IMG/VR virus record: IMGVR_UViG_3300025655_000032
Span: 3,244-67,243 of that record
Source of the DNA: a virus
Direction: 5' to 3' (one strand)
Length of the DNA stretch: 64,000 bases
Positions 57,158-64,000 of the stretch are shown here, in pieces; positions within the stretch are counted from its first letter, which is position 1; every line of letters starts with the position of its first letter. Made by a program: the position numbers and the translations under genes. Below the pieces are notes generated by a model. The model was not told the origin of the DNA, did not search any database, and saw only the letters and a list, made by a program, of their open reading frames with translations.

Positions 57158-57208
57158 TCATACATGAGCCCTTCGCCCGAAGTCCGAAGCCCAAAGACCG
57201 TCGTACTC

Positions 57209-57275
57209 AGCACTTCGGACTACGCACTTCGGACTACGCACTTCGGGGTACGCATTCAGCACTCCGCACTTCGGG
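57209..57275 (+). repeat. Tandem GCACTTCGG(ACTAC) repeats
   Basis: Two exact 14-bp units plus degenerate copies. Confidence 0.7.
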
Positions 57276-57284
57276 CGCTGCCAC

Positions 57285-57884
57285 GTGCCTAGAGTCACGA
57301 AGCTGCAGCAGTTGCAGCGCCAAGCGCTTCGGGCTAAGGGCTACAAGACCTGCTCCGCCTGCGGGCAGACCCATCCCCACGACCAGTTCACGAAGGACGC
57401 CCACGCTTGGGACGGTCTGTTGAGGTTGTGTCGCGGGTGTTTGAAAGAGAAGAACGAACGTTCACGCACGCCTAAGGCCTTTTATTCGGCCAGCACCCAC
57501 AGCCGGGTGAATTACCTGTTGAGCAAGGCCCGCGAGCGGGCTAAGAGCAAAGGTATAGTTTTCGATTTGAGCTTTGAATGGGCCCTCCAACAGCTGGACA
57601 GCCAGGACTACTGCTGCGCGCGCTCCCACATGCCTTTTGTGTTCACCAACTCGCGTATTCTGGGGGGTGCTACCTCACCCTGGGCGCTGTCTTTTGATCG
57701 GATCGATTCTGCGAAGGGGTATACGGAGGACAACGTACAGCTTGTTTGCCTGATGTACAACTTCGCTAAGAACGCGTTTGATGACGCTGACGTCCTACTG
57801 TTTGCCAGCGCCCTCGCCGCCGCCCACATGGAGCCTATCCTAGAGCTGCATGCTGAGCTGCAAGCACCAACGAGTAGCCCGTGA
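57285..57884 (+). CDS. HNH-like endonuclease with N-terminal Zn-finger
   Basis: C..C…C..C; S.DRIDSAKGYTEDNVQLVC…N.AK. Confidence 0.75.
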   Translation: MPRVTKLQQLQRQALRAKGYKTCSACGQTHPHDQFTKDAHAWDGLLRLCRGCLKEKNERSRTPKAFYSASTHSRVNYLLSKARERAKSKGIVFDLSFEWALQQLDSQDYCCARSHMPFVFTNSRILGGATSPWALSFDRIDSAKGYTEDNVQLVCLMYNFAKNAFDDADVLLFASALAAAHMEPILELHAELQAPTSSP

Positions 57885-58435
57885 ATATCGTCGATAACAT
57901 TGAGGTGGACTTTCGTGACATCGTCGTCCACGACGGTCTGACGGACAAGCAGAACGCCTATGTGTACTGGCGTGAGTTAGGGTTTACCCCTAGACAGGCG
58001 GCGAAGCGTGCGGGCTACGGTTGTGTGAAGACGGGAGCCCGTGACAACGAGAACAACCCGCAGATACGTGAACTGCTGGACAAGTACGTTAAGGATAATC
58101 GTCCCCGCCTGGACGTGGACCGTAACCAGGTGGTTGAGGGCATCATGGAGGCGTTGGCTGTCGCGCGTGAGCAGAGCGACCCTAAGGTGATGATTCAGGC
58201 CTGGACGGAGATCGCGCGGATCACCGGTGTGCAGGCACCGGTGGTGACTAAGGTGGAGCACGAGCACGGCGGCACTATCTCTGTGAACCACATGAAGGAG
58301 GTCAGTGACCAGCGGCTGCTGCAGATGTTGGGGAAGAAGCGGGAGCTGGACTATATCGAGGATGCTGAGTACGAGGTGGTTGAGCATGCAGAAGATGCTG
58401 AGAGCGAAGTCGGGCAATTGGAACGGGACGATTGA
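57881..58435 (+). CDS. terS: Terminase small subunit
   Basis: LTDKQ.AYV…QAAKRAGY HTH pattern; upstream of large terminase. Confidence 0.75.
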   Translation: MNIVDNIEVDFRDIVVHDGLTDKQNAYVYWRELGFTPRQAAKRAGYGCVKTGARDNENNPQIRELLDKYVKDNRPRLDVDRNQVVEGIMEALAVAREQSDPKVMIQAWTEIARITGVQAPVVTKVEHEHGGTISVNHMKEVSDQRLLQMLGKKRELDYIEDAEYEVVEHAEDAESEVGQLERDD

Positions 58436-58733
58436 GCTTGCGTGTATTGTCAGTGGGAAGGGCACCTATGCCGTGGCGCAGCCCCTCGCTTTTACAAACC
58501 AGGATGAAGGGGAGGAGGTCAGGCCGTTCTTCGCTCTTGACCATGACGAGGCGCAAGTACTGATGGACGACCTGTGGCGGTGCGGTATACGCCCGACTGA
58601 GGGGGCGGGTAGCGCCGGCGCGCTGGCCGCCACACAGGCGCACCTTAAGGACCTGCAGCAGCTGATGGTGTGGGCCTACGACCCTAAGAACGGTCCGTGG
58701 GTCATGCAGCAGGGGGAGAGCGAGGATGGCTGA
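58395..58733 (+). CDS. Hypothetical protein
   Basis: AQ.LMDDLW.CGIRPTEG.GSAG…HL.DL pattern. Confidence 0.6.
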   Translation: MLRAKSGNWNGTIELACIVSGKGTYAVAQPLAFTNQDEGEEVRPFFALDHDEAQVLMDDLWRCGIRPTEGAGSAGALAATQAHLKDLQQLMVWAYDPKNGPWVMQQGESEDG

Positions 58734-61700
58734 GGATACACCCGAGCAGCCACCCGAGCAGCCACCGCCACCCGAGGAGAAGGACAGCGCCCTTAGTCCT
58801 CAGTACACCGACAGCGGGCGGCGTATATACGACCGTTGGCCGCTGGGGCAGTACGTGTGCAACATGTGCGAGCGTGAGCTCGGCGTCAGCGACTTCAGGA
58901 GTAACAAGACGACGTGCATACTGTGTCAGGCGCAGGAGTCGTCTGACAAGCTGGCGCGCGCGGTGGCGAAGCGTAAGGCCACACGGCGCTACGCGAACAA
59001 GGTGGAGCGCGGTAAGGACCTTAACCGCCGGTCTAAGGCGGCGGCCAAGAAGAAGCGTGCGGAGGTGGCTAAGGAGCGTGCGGCGAAGGTGCGTGAGGCC
59101 GAGGCCACCGTCGCCAAGCAGGTCAAGATTATAGAGCAGATCCACGACGTTAAGCTGCGGGAGGAGGCGAACGCCAAGCAGAAAGAGCGGCTCGCCGAGG
59201 CCGAGGCGCGTAAGGAGCTGGCCAGCCGTGAGCTGGCCCGGCGTCGTCTGCTGCACTACGTTGAGCGGAACGTGCCGGGGTACGAGGCTGGGTGGGTGCA
59301 CGAGGACATCTGTCGGCGCCTGGAGCGCTTTATGCACGACGTCGAGGATCGTAAGAGTCCGCGCCTTATGATATGGGTGCCGCCGAGGCACGGTAAACAG
59401 CTGCCCCATAGCACGCCAGTGCTGACACCCTCTGGGTGGCGCACTCACGGCGAGCTAGAGGTGGGTGATGAGGTGTTTGGGCCAGATGGCAGTATCCGGA
59501 CTGTGGTCTCCGTATCGGCTCCTTCGGTGGCCGAGTACGAGCTTGAGTTTACCAACGGGACGCGGATCAAGGCCCACGCTAATCACGAGTGGACTGTGTA
59601 CCAACGCGGGAACGGCCGGGTTCGTGGTTGGAAGACCGTCGAGACGCGTTACCTTGCAGGGCGTAGAGTTTGGAGCGGTGGTCGGGCTGTTTTCCAACTC
59701 CCCCCTGTCGACGCGCTGCAATTTCCTTCTCGCGTATATGAAATGCCTCCCTACGTCCTCGGCGCATGGCTTGGTGACGGGTCCTCAATAGCCCCACTGA
59801 TAACACATGGTGCGGTAGATACGGCCGTCATTAGCGCGGTTTGCCAGTACGGCTATACGATGACGAGCCAAAACGTCCACGCAACCACCGGCGTGCGGGG
59901 ATCGCGGTTCGGTAAGGTTGTGGGCAATCCGTCTCGTATGGCCACCGAGCTTCGGTCGCTGGGGGTGTGGGGGGACAAGCACATACCCGACGCCTACAAG
60001 AGGGGAGATATAACACAGCGGTTGCAGCTACTCGCCGGTTTGATCGATACCGACGGGCACGTAGAACCGGCCACCGGTCGCGTTCGTGTAATAACGGGGT
60101 CTCGGCGCCTGGCTGAGGACATTCATGAGGTGGCCACTACACTGGGTTTTGCGCCGTATATAACATCCCAGCCCCCAAAACTTAGTTCTAGCGGTATCCA
60201 GGGTACACAGACCGTATACACCATAGGTTTTCAGCCGACCCAATACATCCCTACTCGAATGCCTCAGAAGCAGGTACTGCGTTTTGCCCCTCGACGCCGC
60301 GTTGGTATTCGTGCGGTTCGTCGTTGTGAGCCGGAGGTCGGTCGGTGTATACAGATTGACGCTGCCGACGGGCTCTACCTTGTCGGCAAGACCTTGATCC
60401 CCACCCACAACAGCGAGATCGCCAGTACGCAGTTCCCAAGCTGGGTGCTGGGGCATCACCCTGACTGGGAGTTTATAGCGACCAGCTACGCTCTCGACCT
60501 GCCATTAGGCTTCAGTCGTAAGATCCGCGCCCGTGTACAGTCGCCTGAGTACAGTGTGCTGTTCCCTAAGACCGAGCTGTCCAAGGACTCGCAGAGCGCA
60601 GAGAGCTGGCGCACTACGGCAGGCGGAGGGTTCCGCGCGGCAGGTGTGGGTGGTGGTATCACCGGTATGGGCGCACACATACTGGTCATTGATGACCCGG
60701 TCAAGGACCAGGAGGAGGCCGACTCTGAGACCGTGCGTGAGAAGGTGTGGTCGTGGTTCGGCTCAACGGCCTACACCCGACTGGCACCGGGTGGTGGTGT
60801 ACTTATTATTCAGTGTATGACGGGTGACACGCCCGTGCTTATGGCTGACGGTACTGAGCGACCGCTTTCAGCTGTGCGCGTCGGTGATTATGTGGCGACG
60901 TACGACGAGGGACGACTGCGGCACGCCAGAGTGTGTCAGTGGGGCTCTAATGGTGATGATTCTATCCTAAAAATCACGACGAACTCGGGTAAAATAGTAC
61001 GGGCTAACGGGAGACACCCGTTCCTGGTTTCTCATAAAGGAGAGCTCGAGTGGATACAGGCGAAGGATTTACAACCGACCCAGCAAATCGTCGCCGTAAA
61101 GGACAGCGTGGTAAGTGGTCAGGGGTTGTTTGCCAAATGGAAGGTTGCGACGAGCCCGTCTCCGCTCGCGGCTATTGTAAATCGCACTATAACAAAGTTA
61201 AGTGGGCTTCGGGCAATCGCCCCCCTTCAGCTAATCCGACGTCTCGGCGCGAGGCGCACCTTAAGCACCGCTACGGTATCAACCTTGCGGAGTACAACTC
61301 CCTGCTGGACAAGCAAGGTGGTCGCTGCGCTATTTGCGGCGAACTTCCCACTTCCAGCAATACCCGTGCGCACTGGGGGAACAAGCTTTGCGTCGACCAC
61401 TGCCACGGTTCTGGAGAGGTTCGCGGATTACTCTGCAACGACTGTAACCTCGCTGTTGGGTACGCTAAAACAGAAGCTACAGCGCGCGCGGTTGCAGATT
61501 ACCTCCGACTTCACTCTGGACCCTATCGTAAGGATTGAGGCTGACGGAGTGGCCGAGGTCTTTGACGTCCAGATAGAGGGGACGGAGAATTTTATAGCTA
61601 ACGGGCTAGTCAGCCATAATACTCGCTGGCATGACGATGACCTCAGCGGGCGTATTGAGCGCACGATGATGGAGGGCTTTAAGGAGTTCGAAGTGCTGTG

Positions 61701-62715
61701 CGTGGACGCCGAGCAGGCGAAGGCCGAAGCCCGTAGTGAGGAGGACGTCGCTGCTGCCGCACGTATGCACTACGAGGCCTACAAGTTTCGAGAGACTATC
61801 GACAGGTGGCATATCGTCAAGTACCCAGCCATCGCAGTGCATGATGAGTACCTTAACAAGACCAGCGGTATTATTCAGGTCAACGACGGCACAGCTCCGC
61901 ACGACTTTACTTCTTCATCCTACCGACTGCTGCGTAAAAAGGGCAGGGCGCTTCACCCCGCTCGTTTCCCGCTGACGTTGCTGCAGAAGTACAAGCGCAC
62001 GCTGCAGCCCCGTCACTGGTCGGCACTGTACCAACAGAACCCTGTGCCCGACGAGGGCGCGTTCTTCACTAGCGACATGTTCCGCTTCCGCCCTACACTC
62101 CCCGACTGGCGTGAGATGACCGTCATGTGTGCGTGGGACTTGGCGGTTGGTGTACGTACAACGAACGACTGGACCGTCGGTGTAGTGGGTGCGCTGGACT
62201 GGGAAGATAACCTGTGGATACTCGACATGGTCCGTGGGCGTTGGCAGACTCACGACATAGCGCGTTATATCCACGATACACATCTGCGTTACGACGCGTC
62301 GGTGACGGGTATTGAGAAAGGGCAGTTGGAGCTGGCCATTATGCCGCAGCTGCAACGTATCATGAAGGAGAAGAACCAGTACATTGCGCTGGCCGAGGGG
62401 CAGGCCGCGCTCAAGCCTATCACTGACAAAGTGATGCGTGCACGCCCACTGCAGGGGCGTATGCAGCAGGGTAAGGTGCTATTTCCGTCCGACCAGCCTT
62501 GGGTAGACTCGCTGCGTAATGAATTCTTACGTTTCCCCACCGGCACCCACGACGATATTGTTGATGCCTGCTCCTGGGTGGCGCGTATGTTTATGAATAC
62601 GCAACCTCCTACTCGCCCTCGCGCTCAAAGCGAAGGGTTACCACAAGGTGTTACCAGTTGGAAAGACCGCCTGCGTGGTATAATGCAAGAGCCAAAGAAC
62701 TTCATGTCACGGTGA
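58726..62715 (+). CDS. terL: Terminase large subunit containing two inteins
   Basis: PPRHGK|S Walker A, IDDPVK Walker B, Q|TRWH.DD, LYQQNP, WDLA, HDDIVDA. Confidence 0.92.
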   Translation: MAEDTPEQPPEQPPPPEEKDSALSPQYTDSGRRIYDRWPLGQYVCNMCERELGVSDFRSNKTTCILCQAQESSDKLARAVAKRKATRRYANKVERGKDLNRRSKAAAKKKRAEVAKERAAKVREAEATVAKQVKIIEQIHDVKLREEANAKQKERLAEAEARKELASRELARRRLLHYVERNVPGYEAGWVHEDICRRLERFMHDVEDRKSPRLMIWVPPRHGKQLPHSTPVLTPSGWRTHGELEVGDEVFGPDGSIRTVVSVSAPSVAEYELEFTNGTRIKAHANHEWTVYQRGNGRVRGWKTVETRYLAGRRVWSGGRAVFQLPPVDALQFPSRVYEMPPYVLGAWLGDGSSIAPLITHGAVDTAVISAVCQYGYTMTSQNVHATTGVRGSRFGKVVGNPSRMATELRSLGVWGDKHIPDAYKRGDITQRLQLLAGLIDTDGHVEPATGRVRVITGSRRLAEDIHEVATTLGFAPYITSQPPKLSSSGIQGTQTVYTIGFQPTQYIPTRMPQKQVLRFAPRRRVGIRAVRRCEPEVGRCIQIDAADGLYLVGKTLIPTHNSEIASTQFPSWVLGHHPDWEFIATSYALDLPLGFSRKIRARVQSPEYSVLFPKTELSKDSQSAESWRTTAGGGFRAAGVGGGITGMGAHILVIDDPVKDQEEADSETVREKVWSWFGSTAYTRLAPGGGVLIIQCMTGDTPVLMADGTERPLSAVRVGDYVATYDEGRLRHARVCQWGSNGDDSILKITTNSGKIVRANGRHPFLVSHKGELEWIQAKDLQPTQQIVAVKDSVVSGQGLFAKWKVATSPSPLAAIVNRTITKLSGLRAIAPLQLIRRLGARRTLSTATVSTLRSTTPCWTSKVVAALFAANFPLPAIPVRTGGTSFASTTATVLERFADYSATTVTSLLGTLKQKLQRARLQITSDFTLDPIVRIEADGVAEVFDVQIEGTENFIANGLVSHNTRWHDDDLSGRIERTMMEGFKEFEVLCVDAEQAKAEARSEEDVAAAARMHYEAYKFRETIDRWHIVKYPAIAVHDEYLNKTSGIIQVNDGTAPHDFTSSSYRLLRKKGRALHPARFPLTLLQKYKRTLQPRHWSALYQQNPVPDEGAFFTSDMFRFRPTLPDWREMTVMCAWDLAVGVRTTNDWTVGVVGALDWEDNLWILDMVRGRWQTHDIARYIHDTHLRYDASVTGIEKGQLELAIMPQLQRIMKEKNQYIALAEGQAALKPITDKVMRARPLQGRMQQGKVLFPSDQPWVDSLRNEFLRFPTGTHDDIVDACSWVARMFMNTQPPTRPRAQSEGLPQGVTSWKDRLRGIMQEPKNFMSR
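59398..60411 (+). mobile_element. Intein 1 (class 3, Gln at position 1) with LAGLIDADG endonuclease, 338 aa
   Basis: QLPHSTPVLT…HEW…LGAWLGDG…LAGLIDTDG…RCIQI…PTHN|S; inserted in Walker A. Confidence 0.88.
60814..61620 (+). mobile_element. Intein 2 (Cys1…HN|T), 269 aa, no in-frame endonuclease
   Basis: CMTGDTPVLMADG…NGRHPF…VFDVQIEGTENFIANGLVSHN|T. Confidence 0.9.
61050..61538 (+). CDS. Endonuclease VII-family homing endonuclease nested out of frame in intein 2
   Basis: RYGI…Y..LL..QGGRCAIC…LCVDHCH..G.VRGLLC..CN..VG; own AAGGAG RBS before GTG. Confidence 0.85.
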   Translation: MDTGEGFTTDPANRRRKGQRGKWSGVVCQMEGCDEPVSARGYCKSHYNKVKWASGNRPPSANPTSRREAHLKHRYGINLAEYNSLLDKQGGRCAICGELPTSSNTRAHWGNKLCVDHCHGSGEVRGLLCNDCNLAVGYAKTEATARAVADYLRLHSGPYRKD

Positions 62716-63071
62716 ATTGCGCATGGAAGTGCCTGTCTGTATCAACATAGACCTGCAAGTGGATGATGTTGCCCTAGCACCGTCAGTACTGGCGGAAGCG
62801 CTCCACGCCATGTCCGTCGAACTCAGCGATACGCAGAGTGTCCCCGAGGCGTTCACTTCCGTTGACGCATGGGTAGATTGGCCGTACGACAGCATGGACC
62901 CTTTATTTCGATGATCGCGTCTATTAAACAGCTATTGCACGCTTTGTACGGTTCATGGCGTTCGCTGCTGCTGTCGTTACAACAGGTGCAGCATAGAAAT
63001 ACGGCGATAAAGCGCGTCCAGACGTTATTCAAGCGGCGTTGACGCTGCAGACCATACCATAAAGGGTATCG

Positions 63072-63761
63072 ATGGCTGATTACTACACCGCTGAGAAGAT
63101 CGTCACTATTATCCGCTCCAAATTAGCGGATACGGTCGAACCGTATCTGCTTTCGGACGACGATCTAGTTCATTATATCGACGAGGCGCAGCGTGAATAC
63201 GCGGAACGCACGCTCTGTATGCGTGACGCGACAACCTACACCGTGTCCGTTACCGCTGATGACCCGTGGATCACCGTAGACCCTCGCATTTTGCATATCC
63301 GCGAGGGTTATTTGCAGACGTCTCGCCGCACTCTCAAACCCATTACGCTGTCCCGTATGTCCGGCGAGTTGTTTTCGCCTGATTACGGACAACTACGCGT
63401 CGGTTGGCGCACTACGACCGGCACACCCGAGTATATGATCACTGATATACAAGAGGGAGCTATACGTCTTGCGCCTATCCCAGTCGCGTCGGAAACCCTC
63501 GAGTTTGTCGCTTCGCTGTATCCTGCCGATTTTACCGATGTTGATGATGCGTTGACCCTCCCCGACCGCGACCGCCGTGATTTACCGTACGGCGTACTTA
63601 TGCGTGTATATGGTATGCAGGATTCTGAGTTATTCGATCCTCAAGCTGAGGCGAAGAACCGCAGTCTTTGGGAGCTCGCTATTTCGCGCGGTGTAGAGAG
63701 GCACCAGAAATTTTCACGAGGGGCGGGGAATGTCCGATTCAACAACACTGGAGTCTGGTGA
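63072..63761 (+). CDS. Putative head-tail adaptor / tail tubular protein A-like
   Basis: IR..L.D…L.SD.DL..YIDEAQ…GTP.Y…IRLAPIP. Confidence 0.65.
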   Translation: MADYYTAEKIVTIIRSKLADTVEPYLLSDDDLVHYIDEAQREYAERTLCMRDATTYTVSVTADDPWITVDPRILHIREGYLQTSRRTLKPITLSRMSGELFSPDYGQLRVGWRTTTGTPEYMITDIQEGAIRLAPIPVASETLEFVASLYPADFTDVDDALTLPDRDRRDLPYGVLMRVYGMQDSELFDPQAEAKNRSLWELAISRGVERHQKFSRGAGNVRFNNTGVW

Positions 63762-63762
63762 T

Positions 63763-64000
63763 GTGGAATGGTGGCGCTCGGTATTCGAGGCGATCGTCGG
63801 ACCGCTGGTGGTTGCCACGCTCATTAGCACAATGGGCCTGGGGTTTTCTGCTTGGAGCAGCATTACTCAGCTTGAGTTTGAGCTTGCTAGGCACACCGAC
63901 AAATACGCCGTCTTACTCGATCGACATGAGAGACTTCGCGCCGATTATTACGAATTCAAAGGGCGAGGTGGGCGTTATTCGGCAACTGACGGCGAAAGGG
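63763..64000 (+). CDS. Membrane-anchored protein, 3' end cut by the window edge
   Basis: GTG GAA TGG TGG…; hydrophobic helix then charged helix; open to the end. Confidence 0.45.
   Translation, partial: MEWWRSVFEAIVGPLVVATLISTMGLGFSAWSSITQLEFELARHTDKYAVLLDRHERLRADYYEFKGRGGRYSATDGER

Noticed and set aside
57209-57275. Mini-CRISPR array
   Set aside because: Tandem 14-bp units with no unique spacers.
1-64000. Diversity-generating retroelement, retron or alternative genetic code
   Set aside because: No reverse transcriptase motifs or template/variable repeat pair noticed; genes read through normally in the standard code.

Overview
This window is most or all of a roughly 64-65 kb, circularly permuted, probably temperate dsDNA tailed-phage genome with podovirus-like morphogenesis genes. 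The + strand arm (57.1-64 kb, continuing at 1-24.5 kb) encodes terminase, portal, scaffold, an N4-gp56-type major capsid protein, virion and ejection proteins and lysis genes. The - strand arm (56.6 down to 25 kb) encodes a YonO/cRdRP-like single-subunit two-barrel RNA polymerase, primase-helicase, family A DNA polymerase, SNF2 helicase, rIIA/rIIB, two tandem HhH-GPD glycosylases, ThyX, class II RNR, a CsrA/RsmA homolog, excisionase and a tyrosine integrase beside a tRNA-His-derived attP. The strongest candidate for an undescribed system is a two-code Csr/Rsm translational control circuit. (i) The phage encodes a divergent CsrA. (ii) About 20 stem-loops with covarying stems and a C-AYANAR-G hexaloop, a variant of the canonical CsrA site C-ANGGAN-G, sit almost all on the ribosome-binding sites of phage genes. 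(iii) Canonical C-ANGGAN-G hairpins form a CsrB/RsmY-like array in front of the capsid gene and also cover the capsid and endolysin RBSs. Other notable items: a terminase with two inteins (a Gln1 class-3 intein, and one hiding an out-of-frame Endonuclease VII gene with its own RBS hairpin), and a non-canonical tRNA with an 8-bp acceptor stem. All assignments come from motif recognition by eye; no searches were run.
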